Counted from the stretch's first letter, positions 1 through 9,120 are shown. The stretch is 47,650 nucleotides of DNA from Thermotoga sp. (GCA_020724765.1 DYGJ01000001.1:1-47650), one strand, 5' to 3'. Notes: generated by a model from the letters alone, not told the origin. Numbers and translations are program-made.

Positions 1-372
1 GAGCGGGAGGTGTTCGAGCGGGTGACCGAGGCCCGTTCGGCATCGATGAAGGCGCGGACGCCGAAGGAACAGGCCGAGGCGGACAACGTCCTCGCCGGGA
101 CCCTCAAGTCGCTGTTCGCCGTGGTCGAGAACTACCCCCAGCTGAAGGCGAACGAGAACTTCACCTCTCTCCAGAGATCCCTCGAGGGGCTGGAGGAGGA
201 GATCGCCCGCTCCCGTCGCTACTACAACGCGGTAGTGCGCGATCTGAACACCGCGATCAAGGTGTTCCCCCAGAACCTGATCGCGAACCTGTTCCGGATC
301 CAGGAGCGGGAATTCTACATGCTCCCCTCGGAGGCGATGGGGGAGCCGCCAAAGGTGGACTTCAGCCGATGA
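1..372 (+). CDS. lemA: LemA family protein (5' end outside window)
   Basis: LFAVVENYPQLKANENF, EEEIARSRRYYNAVVRDLN and VFPQNLIA are LemA motifs; the frame is open to the window edge. Confidence 0.93.
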   Translation, partial: EREVFERVTEARSASMKARTPKEQAEADNVLAGTLKSLFAVVENYPQLKANENFTSLQRSLEGLEEEIARSRRYYNAVVRDLNTAIKVFPQNLIANLFRIQEREFYMLPSEAMGEPPKVDFSR

Positions 373-2042
373 AGCGGATCACCCTCGTCCTCGCACTCCT
401 TGTCTCCGTTCTCGGCGTTGGGGAGGAGATCCGAGATTACCTCGTCCGGGCGGAGATCCGGGAGGGCGGGGTCGTCGTTGTCCACGAGGAAATCGGCGTA
501 CACTTCGACGTCGCGCGCCACGGGATTTTCCGCGAGATCCCCATCTCGTACCGCCTCCCCACCGGAGAGACGTACCGGCTAGGGGTCACAGTGGACGAGG
601 TGCTGGCAAACGGCAGCCCCGTTCCCTACCGGCAGTACACGGAAGGAAGGAACCTCGTTCTCAAGATCGGCGATCCGGACCGGACCGTGCGCGGCCTGGT
701 CACGTACACCGTCCGCTACCGCGTGGCGCGCGCCCTGCGCCGCTACGACGGCGAGATCGAGCTCTACTGGAACGCGGTCGGGACGGATTGGGCTATGCCC
801 ATCGCCCGGGCCCGGGTGGAGATCACGTTCCCCCCTGTGATCAGCCCCACCGACGTGCGGGCCCTGGGGTTCCGCGGGCCGTACGGGTCCACCGACCCGT
901 TGGAGCTGGGGTGGGAGAACGGCCTCCTCGCGGGAGAGGCAGAGGGTCTCCGGGCCCGGGAGGGGATCACAGTCGCGGTGCGGATCCCGGAGGGAGTGGT
1001 GACCCTCCCTGGGGTGTGGCAGGGGTTCCTGTGGTTCCTCCAGGACAATTTGTACGCGGGGATCCCGATCCTCGTCTTCGCCGGGATGTTCGCCCTGTGG
1101 TGGAAGCGGGGGCGCGATCCGAAGGTAGGTTCGGTGGCCCCCGAGTACAAGCCAATCGAGGGTCTGGGACCGGCCGAAGCCGGGGTTCTCCTCGACAACC
1201 GCGCCGATCCCCGGGACTTCGCGGCGGGGATCCTCTCTCTCGCCACGAAGGGCCACCTCGTGATCCGCGAGATCTGGACGGACGACAAGGCCCGCGAGCC
1301 GGACGACTTCGAGCTCGTGGCCACGGAGAGCAGTCTTCCCCTTACCCCGTACGAGAAGGCGTTGCGGGAGAACCTTCTCGGGGAGGCGACGGAGCGGAAG
1401 ATCTCCGACCTCAAGTACAAGCTGTACGACAAGATGCCCGGGCTCAAGGCCCGCCTGTACATGGACCTCAGCGAGGACGGGTACTATGTGGGCAACCCGG
1501 ACCATGTGCGCGGCGCCTACTACGGGCTCGGCATCGGGTTCATCGTCCTGGCTGGGTTCCTCGCCTACTTCACCCAGTCCCTGTACCTCGGCCTCACCCT
1601 CGGCGTCTCCGGACTCATCGTGATTGGCTTCGCCCCGATCATGCCCAAGCGGAGCGGGAAGGGGATCGAGGAGTTGCGTCTCGTGCTCGGGCTTCAGGAG
1701 TACATCCGCCGTGCCGAGGTAGACCGGATCGAGTTCGCGGCGAGAGAGAAGCACTTCGACGAACTCCTCCCCTACGCGATGGCCCTCGGCCTCACCGAGC
1801 TGTGGACGAAGAAGTTCGACGGTCTCCTGGCCAAAGCGCCGGACTGGTACCAAGGCCGGTTCCCCACGTTCGCCCCGTACTGGTTTGGGATGCGCCTGGT
1901 GACGCTTCAGAACAGCGCCTACACCGCGGCCACCGCGGCCCCACGGCAGACGCGGAGCGGCGGATGGAGCGGCGGCTCGGGGTTCGGCGGGCGCGGGTTC
2001 TCCGGCGGCGGGATGGGCGGGGGGGGCGGCCGCTCCTGGTGA
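369..2042 (+). CDS. DUF2207 family membrane protein
   Basis: Signal peptide, HGIFREIP, ELYWNAVG.W, RGRDP, transmembrane segments, LLPYAMALG and a Gly/Ser-rich tail; ATGA overlap with lemA, a common pairing. Confidence 0.88.
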   Translation: MKRITLVLALLVSVLGVGEEIRDYLVRAEIREGGVVVVHEEIGVHFDVARHGIFREIPISYRLPTGETYRLGVTVDEVLANGSPVPYRQYTEGRNLVLKIGDPDRTVRGLVTYTVRYRVARALRRYDGEIELYWNAVGTDWAMPIARARVEITFPPVISPTDVRALGFRGPYGSTDPLELGWENGLLAGEAEGLRAREGITVAVRIPEGVVTLPGVWQGFLWFLQDNLYAGIPILVFAGMFALWWKRGRDPKVGSVAPEYKPIEGLGPAEAGVLLDNRADPRDFAAGILSLATKGHLVIREIWTDDKAREPDDFELVATESSLPLTPYEKALRENLLGEATERKISDLKYKLYDKMPGLKARLYMDLSEDGYYVGNPDHVRGAYYGLGIGFIVLAGFLAYFTQSLYLGLTLGVSGLIVIGFAPIMPKRSGKGIEELRLVLGLQEYIRRAEVDRIEFAAREKHFDELLPYAMALGLTELWTKKFDGLLAKAPDWYQGRFPTFAPYWFGMRLVTLQNSAYTAATAAPRQTRSGGWSGGSGFGGRGFSGGGMGGGGGRSW

Positions 2043-2046
2043 CGCG

Positions 2047-2601
2047 ATGAACGCGACTTCGTGGCTCATCTTCGCTCTTCTCGCCGCAGTGACGCTGATC
2101 GTACTCTGGCAGCGGCGGACCCAACGCCTGGCCAGAGGGCTGGCCCGCGTGGACGCGGCGTGGCAGGATCTAGAGAAGACCCTTGCTGAACGGATCGCGG
2201 CCCTCGAGGAGATGCACGCCGCACTGGAACGGGCGGGGTACGTCCCAGAGGGTCGTCCCCGCCTACGCCAGGTCGTGACTGCGCTGAAGGAAGCCCGCGG
2301 TCCACGGGCCCAGGCTGAGGCTGACCTGGCCGTAGAGAGCGTGCTGCACGACATCTACCGCGGCCTCCCCCGGGAGCGGATCGAGGCCATCCGCAGCGCC
2401 CAGAACCGACTCGCCCAGGCGGACGAAGAACGGGACATCGCCCGAACCAGGTACAACGATCTCTCCTTGAGTCTGGCCCTCCTGGTGCGGCGATTTGTGT
2501 ACCGCTCGATCGCCCGCCACCGCCGCATCGTCCCTCCCGAGCCGTTTCTCCTTCCCGGTGAGGAAACGGACTACGTGCGGCGCCATCTCGGCCATCCCTG
2601 A
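2047..2601 (+). CDS. Divergent LemA-like membrane-anchored coiled-coil protein
   Basis: N-terminal TM helix, VDAAWQDLEKTLAER and ERDIARTRYND resemble LemA; the conserved YP.LKA motif is absent. Confidence 0.65.
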   Translation: MNATSWLIFALLAAVTLIVLWQRRTQRLARGLARVDAAWQDLEKTLAERIAALEEMHAALERAGYVPEGRPRLRQVVTALKEARGPRAQAEADLAVESVLHDIYRGLPRERIEAIRSAQNRLAQADEERDIARTRYNDLSLSLALLVRRFVYRSIARHRRIVPPEPFLLPGEETDYVRRHLGHP

Positions 2602-2607
2602 TCATCA

Positions 2608-2635
2608 TTGACGGTCACCGCCTGGCGAGTATAGT
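2608..2635 (+). promoter_or_regulatory. Sigma70-type promoter of the amino-acid ABC operon
   Basis: TTGACG (2608-2613), 16 bp spacer, TATAGT (2630-2635); GGAGGT SD precedes ATG 2671. Confidence 0.7.
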
Positions 2636-2670
2636 CAAGGCGATTTCGCAATCTTCTGGAGGTGGCAGGG

Positions 2671-3516
2671 ATGAAAGTCGTTGGTGTGGCGGTTCTGATG
2701 GCGGTTCTGTTGGCGGGCTGTCTGGCCTTGGGTCAGCCCAAGTACATCGTCCTATCGGACATCGCATGGGCACCGTTCGAGTGGGTGTCCGAGAAAGGCG
2801 CCTACCTCGGGTTCGATCTCGATGTGATGCGTGCGATCGCGATCCTTGAGGGATTCGAGATCGAGCTTCGCGACACGCCGTTCGACTCGATCATCCCCGC
2901 GATCATCGCGGGACGAGGGGACATCGGGGCATCGGGGTTCACGATCACCGAGGAGCGGGCATTGGTGATCAACTTCTCCGAGGCGTATTGGGATTCTAAC
3001 CAGGCGGTCGTGGTTCGTGCGGGATCAGGCCTTGACCTGGATATGGTCGCGTCGCCGGGACGCCTCGTGGGTGCCCAGCGCGGCACGACCGGGTCGTTCT
3101 GGATCGAGGATGAGTGGGTACCTCTGGGCGTGACCCTCGTGGAGTACGAGACCTACCCTGAAGCGATCCTTGACCTCCTGGCGGGGCGGATCGACGGCAT
3201 CGTCCAGGACGTCGACCCGTCCAAGATGGCTGTCCTTCAGTACAAGGGCCAGATCGAGATCGCGGGCGTGGTGGACACCGGCGAGCAGTTTGGGTTCCTG
3301 GTCGCCAAGGACGATCCAAAGGAGCTTCTCCCCCGCATCCACCGTGGCGTAGCAACCCTCAAGGATCTTGGGGTGTGGGATCTGCTTATCGAGGCTTACT
3401 TCGGGCCATCCCTCGGCGCGATCGAGTCCGCATGGGAGAAGTGCATCGACATCCTGCTCGTGGATCGCGATCCGCTTCGGTACGCCCAGTGTCTGACCGC
3501 TGAGCTGAGGCCGTAA
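2671..3516 (+). CDS. Polar amino-acid ABC transporter substrate-binding protein (SBP family 3, probable lipoprotein)
   Basis: WAPFEW, GFDLD, FDSII, GFTITEER, FSEAY and GAQRGTTG motifs; LAGC lipobox; start chosen by SD. Confidence 0.92.
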   Translation: MKVVGVAVLMAVLLAGCLALGQPKYIVLSDIAWAPFEWVSEKGAYLGFDLDVMRAIAILEGFEIELRDTPFDSIIPAIIAGRGDIGASGFTITEERALVINFSEAYWDSNQAVVVRAGSGLDLDMVASPGRLVGAQRGTTGSFWIEDEWVPLGVTLVEYETYPEAILDLLAGRIDGIVQDVDPSKMAVLQYKGQIEIAGVVDTGEQFGFLVAKDDPKELLPRIHRGVATLKDLGVWDLLIEAYFGPSLGAIESAWEKCIDILLVDRDPLRYAQCLTAELRP

Positions 3517-3523
3517 CCGACCG

Positions 3524-3550
3524 AGGGGAGGGGCCTCGGGCCCCTCCCCT
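3524..3550 (+). terminator. Strong intercistronic stem-loop after the SBP gene (mRNA stabiliser or partial terminator)
   Basis: Perfect 12-bp stem AGGGGAGGGGCC / GGCCCCTCCCCT with TCG loop; no long U-tract. Confidence 0.6.
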
Positions 3551-3561
3551 TCCATACTTCG

Positions 3562-4239
3562 TTGGACCTCAGCGTCTGGACCGAAGTTGCACCGCACGTC
3601 CCCGTTCTTCTGCGGGGCCTTCTTGTCAACATCCAGCTTCTCCTGGGCCTGATCTCCCTTGGACTGGTCGTGGGCGTGGTCACGGCGCTGATTGAGGTCT
3701 ACGCCCCCCGACCGGTGGGGATAGTAGCGGGCGCGTACACGTGGTTCTTCCGCGGGGTTCCAGAGATTGTGCTGCTGTTTCTGTTCTACTTCGGCCTATC
3801 GCAGTTCGGGGTGCCGGTATCCGCCTTCTTCGCTGCCGTACTTGCGCTGGGGCTCCGCTCGTCGGCCTACCAGGCCCAGATCTTCCGTGGAGCGTTTCAG
3901 TCGATTCCTCACGGGCAGATGATGGCTGCCCGGGCGTTGGGCCTGGGTCGATTGAGAGCCATTGTGCACGTGGTCCTTCCCCAAGCGCTACGGCTCTCGC
4001 TGGCCGGGTGGTCGAACGAGTTCTCGTCGGTGCTCAAGGACACGACCCTCGCCTGGGGGATCGGAGTCGTGGAGATCATGCGCCAGGCGAGCTACATCCG
4101 CGCGCGGAACTTCACGCTCACACTGCCCATCTATGTCACGGTGGCGCTGATGTTCCTCGTGCTTACCTACGTCGGCAACCTCGCGATTGGACTTGCAGAG
4201 AGGAAGCTGCGGGTACCGGGTCTGGAGGGGCAGAGGTAA
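3562..4239 (+). CDS. Amino-acid ABC transporter permease (HisM/GlnP family)
   Basis: FFRGVP, SAYQAQIFRGAFQSIPHGQMMAARALG (EAA loop), NEFSSVLKDT. Confidence 0.93.
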   Translation: MDLSVWTEVAPHVPVLLRGLLVNIQLLLGLISLGLVVGVVTALIEVYAPRPVGIVAGAYTWFFRGVPEIVLLFLFYFGLSQFGVPVSAFFAAVLALGLRSSAYQAQIFRGAFQSIPHGQMMAARALGLGRLRAIVHVVLPQALRLSLAGWSNEFSSVLKDTTLAWGIGVVEIMRQASYIRARNFTLTLPIYVTVALMFLVLTYVGNLAIGLAERKLRVPGLEGQR

Positions 4240-4242
4240 CCG

Positions 4243-4992
4243 ATGGCGCTGCTTCGGGTGGAGAATCTGCACAAGCGGTACGGGCACGAGGAGGTCTTGA
4301 AGGGCGTCACGCTAGCCCAAGACGCGGGAGAGACGAAGGTGGTGATCGGCCCATCGGGGACAGGCAAGTCCACGCTTCTGAGGTGCATCAACCGACTGAC
4401 CGAACCTGACCAGGGCCGGGTGTGGCTGGAGGACACGGAGATCACGTCGCGTCGGACCGACATCAACAGGGTTCGGGCCAAGATCGGGTTCGTCTTCCAG
4501 GACTTCAACCTGTTCACGCATCTCACCTCACTGGACAACGTCCGGCTGGGCCTGATGAAGGTACGGGGGATGCCCCGAGCGGCGGCCACGGGACGGGCGA
4601 TGGCAGAACTCGAACGGGTGGGGTTGGCCGCAAAAGCCAACGCTTACCCCGCCCAACTGTCTGGCGGCCAGCAGCAGCGGGTGTCCATCGCCCGCGCCCT
4701 AGCCATGGACCCCAAGCTCATCCTGTTCGATGAGCCCACGAGCGCCCTCGACCCCGAGCTCATCGGGGAGGTCCTGTCGGTGATGATCCAGCTCGCCCGA
4801 GATGGGATGACGATGATCGTGGTCACCCACGAAATGGGGTTCGCGCGCAGCGTGGCTGACGAGATCGTGTTCATGGAGGGCGGGGTGATTGTGGAGCAGG
4901 GCACCCCAGACAAGATGTTCCGCTCTCCCGAGGTGCCCCGAACGGGAGAGTTCCTGCGCAAGATCAGCGACCTGTACGGGGAATCTCGATGA
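4243..4992 (+). CDS. Amino-acid ABC transporter ATP-binding protein (GlnQ family)
   Basis: Walker A GPSGTGKST, LSGGQQQRV, Walker B ILFDEPTSALDPE, VTHEMGFA. Confidence 0.95.
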   Translation: MALLRVENLHKRYGHEEVLKGVTLAQDAGETKVVIGPSGTGKSTLLRCINRLTEPDQGRVWLEDTEITSRRTDINRVRAKIGFVFQDFNLFTHLTSLDNVRLGLMKVRGMPRAAATGRAMAELERVGLAAKANAYPAQLSGGQQQRVSIARALAMDPKLILFDEPTSALDPELIGEVLSVMIQLARDGMTMIVVTHEMGFARSVADEIVFMEGGVIVEQGTPDKMFRSPEVPRTGEFLRKISDLYGESR

Positions 4993-5684
4993 ACCTCGTC
5001 TTCGACCCAGCCTGGCTGCCCCGGCTTGGCCAGGGCGTCTTGCTCACGGTGCAGCTTACCCTCTACTGCATGGGCCTTGGGGCCGTGCTGGGAGCGGTGC
5101 TGGGGCTGGTGCGGGTGTACGGTGGCGGGCGATGGTCCCCACTGTACTGGGTAGCGAGCGCCTACATCCACTTCTTCCGCGGGACACCCCTTCTCGTTCA
5201 GCTACTTGGAATCTACCTCGGACTCCCAACGGCCGGGATCCTCGTGGGGCCGTTCCTGGCCGGCCTGCTGGCGATGACGCTCAACACGGCAGCGTACCAG
5301 GCGGAGTATTTCCGGGGGGCGATTCAGTCTGTGAAGTCAGGCCAGATGATGGCCGCGCGGGCCCTCGGAATGAGCCGCGCCCAGGCGATTGGCCACGTGA
5401 TCATGCCCCAGGCCTTGCGGTTGATCATCCCCCCCTGGTCGAACGAGCTCATCTACATGCTCAAGTACTCGTCCATCGTCTCCATGACCGCCCTCCGCCC
5501 GGAGACGATGGACCTGTTCGGAGTCGCGCGGTCAATCGCCGCCCGGAACTTCCGGTACTTCGAGGTTTACATCCTTGTTGCCCTGTTCTATTTGGCGATG
5601 GTCCTCATCCTCACGGTGGCCCTGAGGTGGGTCGAGCGACGGGTGCGCATCCCCGGGCTGGGAACCCCGGGCCGGGGAATCTAG
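4989..5684 (+). CDS. Amino-acid ABC transporter permease (second)
   Basis: FFRGTPLLVQL, AYQAEYFRGAIQSVKSGQMMAARALG; ATGA overlap with the ATPase gene. Confidence 0.93.
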   Translation: MNLVFDPAWLPRLGQGVLLTVQLTLYCMGLGAVLGAVLGLVRVYGGGRWSPLYWVASAYIHFFRGTPLLVQLLGIYLGLPTAGILVGPFLAGLLAMTLNTAAYQAEYFRGAIQSVKSGQMMAARALGMSRAQAIGHVIMPQALRLIIPPWSNELIYMLKYSSIVSMTALRPETMDLFGVARSIAARNFRYFEVYILVALFYLAMVLILTVALRWVERRVRIPGLGTPGRGI

Positions 5685-7015
5685 GGTCTCAGCCAGGCTT
5701 GCAGCAGATCGTCCAGCGGCACCGGGCTCTCCTCGCTCAGGACCCGCAGAAGGTCGGCGCCCGTTGCCAGTCTCCACTGGAACTCGTCACGGTACAGGCG
5801 TAGCGCCCCGAAGAACGCCTCGTCGCCCATCCTCTCCCGCAGTGAGTGGAAGAACAAGGCCCCGCCCGAGTAGACGATTCCCCCGTAACCCTCACCCCCT
5901 GGAAACGCCCACAACGGGCTCGTGATCCCGGCCGTCTTGTTCCGCAGCTGCCCCCCGGCGTAGCCCGATTCCCAGTAGTACAGGATCTCTGGGAACCGTC
6001 CCTCTGACTCGAAATAGAGGCCTGAGGTGTACGTGGCGAGCGCCTCGTCTACCCACGGCTCGGCGACCTGGTCGTTCCCAACCTCGGCGTACCACCATTG
6101 GTGGGCAACCTCATGGGCGAAGATCATTGGGAAGAACAGAGAATCGAGCGGGTACCGATCGTAGTAAGTCTCTCCGGCAAGAATGAGGCCGGGGTATTCA
6201 ATCCCTGCCGCTCCGCGCAGGGGAACAGCGACCACATCAAGCCCCGAAAACGGATGAGGGCCAAGGTGGTTCACGAACACAGCGATCGCCTTCGCAGTGA
6301 CATCGAGCGCTGCCCAGCCTGCCCGCTTGTGTCCGGCCCGGTAGAAACTCCGCACCTCAACTCCTCGCACCGAGGTCGTCTGGACCTCGTACTCGTGAAG
6401 GAGAACGAACGCCAGTTCGCGCAGGTTCTCACCTTCGATACGATACCGGCCAGAGGCAATCTCAACCTCGGTTCCGCCTGCAACAACCGTCCAGCCCTCG
6501 GGGACGGCAAGGTCCACCTTATAGTCCGCGACCTCGGCCACGATCGAGTCCCCCCACGGGAACACGGGATGGGCGATCCACGACCCATCCCACGGAGCGA
6601 GGATCGGATACGCTTGCGAGAGGACAACCGTGTGCGCCGACCTGGCGTAGGACCCATACCCCCCAGCGCGAACGAACTCCGGAACCTTCCCCCGAAACGC
6701 GAGGGTAACGGAGAACGCCTGCCCTGCGGTCGCGGGGAGGGCCAAGGTGACCGTCGTCGGCTCGACCGACTCCCAGGTCACGGAAGCTCCTTCCACCCAC
6801 GCGTCGGTCACATGAAGGCGGTCAGCCCCAAGTGCCGCGGGGTACAGACGAAACACGGCCTCCGGCCAGTCCACCGGTGCGAGCCCGCTGACCGTGGTCT
6901 GGCCGAGGATCTCTCCAGTTGCATCCACGGAGATCTCCATCGCGTAGTGCAGGTTGGCCGCAGCGGCGGCGACAGCAACGACGCAGAGAGGTACGAGAAG
7001 GACTAACCGCCGCAC
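5681..7015 (-). CDS. Exported M1-family zinc aminopeptidase
   Basis: Signal peptide, GIEYPGL (GxMEN-like), HEVAHQWW with downstream DEALA Glu, VYSGGALF..LR. Confidence 0.88.
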   Translation of the reverse strand: MRRLVLLVPLCVVAVAAAAANLHYAMEISVDATGEILGQTTVSGLAPVDWPEAVFRLYPAALGADRLHVTDAWVEGASVTWESVEPTTVTLALPATAGQAFSVTLAFRGKVPEFVRAGGYGSYARSAHTVVLSQAYPILAPWDGSWIAHPVFPWGDSIVAEVADYKVDLAVPEGWTVVAGGTEVEIASGRYRIEGENLRELAFVLLHEYEVQTTSVRGVEVRSFYRAGHKRAGWAALDVTAKAIAVFVNHLGPHPFSGLDVVAVPLRGAAGIEYPGLILAGETYYDRYPLDSLFFPMIFAHEVAHQWWYAEVGNDQVAEPWVDEALATYTSGLYFESEGRFPEILYYWESGYAGGQLRNKTAGITSPLWAFPGGEGYGGIVYSGGALFFHSLRERMGDEAFFGALRLYRDEFQWRLATGADLLRVLSEESPVPLDDLLQAWLRP

Positions 7016-7746
7016 CCACAGCCTCCGCCCGACGGCTTGGGTGGCGGACCAACCGCGGGCAGGATCACGTGCAGCACCGCGGCCGAGCGCCCCACAGCTC
7101 CGCGATCATCCACCACCGTCAGGGTCACGGTGTACACGCCCTCCTGGTGATAGACATGCTCCGGGCTCCACCAGGTCGACGTCTCCCCGTCGTCAAACTC
7201 CCACAGGGCCTGAACCACAACCCCATCGGGATCGTCTACGTCCGCTGTGAACCACACCACGTCCCCCGTCTGAGGCTGAGCGGGATACACCCGTAGCCGC
7301 ACAGAGGGTGGCGTGTTCTCAGGAAGGGAGAACAACTCTTCGGGCGACAAGTACCACGGGTCGATCTGCCCGGGTGCCCTCCACGGGACGCGGCCGAGGA
7401 ACACGCCACGGGTGAACTGTCCATCCTGATCGAGGGGTGGGAACCCGGGCAGCACCGGAAGGACAACTCTCTCCCCACCCTCTCCCCACCACCACACGAG
7501 AACCCACCACTCCTCTCCAGAGCGGGCAAGTTCGACGGAAAAGCCCAACGACGCGAGCCGTCCAGCGACAAACAGGGAGAGCTGGCGATCCTCCCACCCG
7601 AGTCGCATCGGGCACCCGCCGCACCCAAGCCGCCAATCTGCCAAGATGGCTTCAATCTCCGCCACCCGGGAAGTGGCCACACCGATCGGCCACGGTCCGA
7701 CAACCACACCCAGAGTTACAATGCCGATCAGGAATAACGTTCGCAC
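7003..7746 (-). CDS. Exported PKD-domain protein
   Basis: N-terminal hydrophobic segment; DPDG..V...WEFDDG...PEHVY...GVYTVTLTVVDDRG is a PKD domain; ends GGGCGCGG. Confidence 0.8.
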   Translation of the reverse strand: MRTLFLIGIVTLGVVVGPWPIGVATSRVAEIEAILADWRLGCGGCPMRLGWEDRQLSLFVAGRLASLGFSVELARSGEEWWVLVWWWGEGGERVVLPVLPGFPPLDQDGQFTRGVFLGRVPWRAPGQIDPWYLSPEELFSLPENTPPSVRLRVYPAQPQTGDVVWFTADVDDPDGVVVQALWEFDDGETSTWWSPEHVYHQEGVYTVTLTVVDDRGAVGRSAAVLHVILPAVGPPPKPSGGGCGCGG

Positions 7747-7749
7747 AAC

Positions 7750-9120
7750 TCATCCCTCCTCCGGACGGCGAAGGAACGTCGGGATGTCGAGGTCCTCGTC
7801 GGCCGTTCGCCGGGGGATCACGGGACGGACCCGTTCTTTCTTCTTCTCCTCCTCCTCCTCGACGGCGACTCCGCGAAAGTCGGCGGCAATCACGGTGACC
7901 TCCACTGCGCCACTGTTTTGAGCTTGGATCACTGCCCCGAACGTGATATCCGCTTCTGCCGCTGCGGACTTGCGAATCGACTCAGCCACCTGGGTCACTT
8001 CGGTCAAGGTGAGATCCTCGCTGCCGGTGATGTTGAGAAGAACCCGCCGCGCCCCCTTGATCGTCCCCCCTTCAAGGAGGGGGTTTGTCACGGCGGCTTT
8101 GGCCGCGCGGAGGGCGCGGTTTTCCCCATGAGCCTCCCCCATGCCCATCATCGCCGTTCCTGCACCGCGCAACACCGACGCCACATCCGCGAAGTCCAGG
8201 TTCACCAGGCCAGGCACGGTGATGAGGTCGGAGATCCCCCGCACGCCGCGCAAGAGCACGTCATCAGCGAGTTCGAACGCCTCGGTGACCGAGATGTTGG
8301 GAGCGATCTCCAGCAGCCGATCGTTGCGAACCACGATAAGGACATCGGTCTTCTCCCCCAAGCGCGCCAGCCCAGCCTGTGCGCGTTGAGATCTCAGCTC
8401 TCCCTCAAACGAGAACGGCAACGTGACCACACCCACCGTGAGCGCCCCCCGCGAGCGGGCGATCTGGGCCACGACCGGCGCAATGCCTGCGCCCGTCCCT
8501 TTGCCAAGCCCGCACGTCAGGAACACGAGGTGGGCCTCGGCAATGAGGTCCTCGATCTCCCCCGCCGCTTCCTCGGCCGCCCGGCGCGCTTTCTCGGGGT
8601 CCCCTCCTGTGCTCCGGCCGTGGGTCACCCGCTCTCCAAGGAGCAGGCTCGATCCGCTGCGAAAGGCCGATAGCACTTGACGATCGGTGTCGAGGGCCGC
8701 AAGGCGGACCCCAGCCAGTCTTGCCTCACGCATCCGGGCAAGCGCGTTGATCCCCCCACCCCCGATCCCGAGGACAAGAATCCGTGCCGGAGTCACGGCC
8801 TCGCGGACGAGGGACGTTTTCTGGGGAGAGGACGCTTCGGTCGCCTCGCCAAACGGAAGCTGACGCTCGTCGCCTGGGTCGACCAGGTGCACCTCCAGTT
8901 CACCAAAGACCGTGCGTACCGCCTCGACGAGCTTCCCCATCTTGCGCTGGACGTACTCCTTCTTGAACGACGACTCGATCTCAATGAGCAGGGCGCCGCG
9001 TTCCCGACGAACCTTGCCTATTGGCACAGGAAGGCACGCACGCAACATCCGGTCCTGAACTTCTCCTAGGAGTTGCCTCCACTTCTGGGCAAACTCTTCT
9101 TTCCCTCGTTCGCGGTCCAT
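7750..9120 (-). CDS. ftsZ: Cell division protein FtsZ with a ~110-aa N-terminal extension containing a DnaA domain I (KH-fold)-like domain
   Basis: GIGGGG, GLGKGTGAG (tubulin signature variant), PFSFEG, NDRL, GLVNLDFADV (T7 loop), LLNITG and C-terminal peptide DLDIPTFLRR. Confidence 0.95.
   Translation of the reverse strand: MDRERGKEEFAQKWRQLLGEVQDRMLRACLPVPIGKVRRERGALLIEIESSFKKEYVQRKMGKLVEAVRTVFGELEVHLVDPGDERQLPFGEATEASSPQKTSLVREAVTPARILVLGIGGGGINALARMREARLAGVRLAALDTDRQVLSAFRSGSSLLLGERVTHGRSTGGDPEKARRAAEEAAGEIEDLIAEAHLVFLTCGLGKGTGAGIAPVVAQIARSRGALTVGVVTLPFSFEGELRSQRAQAGLARLGEKTDVLIVVRNDRLLEIAPNISVTEAFELADDVLLRGVRGISDLITVPGLVNLDFADVASVLRGAGTAMMGMGEAHGENRALRAAKAAVTNPLLEGGTIKGARRVLLNITGSEDLTLTEVTQVAESIRKSAAAEADITFGAVIQAQNSGAVEVTVIAADFRGVAVEEEEEKKKERVRPVIPRRTADEDLDIPTFLRRPEEG

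Noticed and set aside
1950-2040. GGC-rich repeat at the end of DUF2207
   Set aside because: It encodes the Gly/Ser-rich tail normal for this family.
579-2354. 591-aa antisense ORF, and similar long ones such as 9841..11487, 18467..20062, 31415..33637 and 42360..43730
   Set aside because: They lie opposite well-supported genes and have no motifs; shadow ORFs are expected in high-GC coding DNA.
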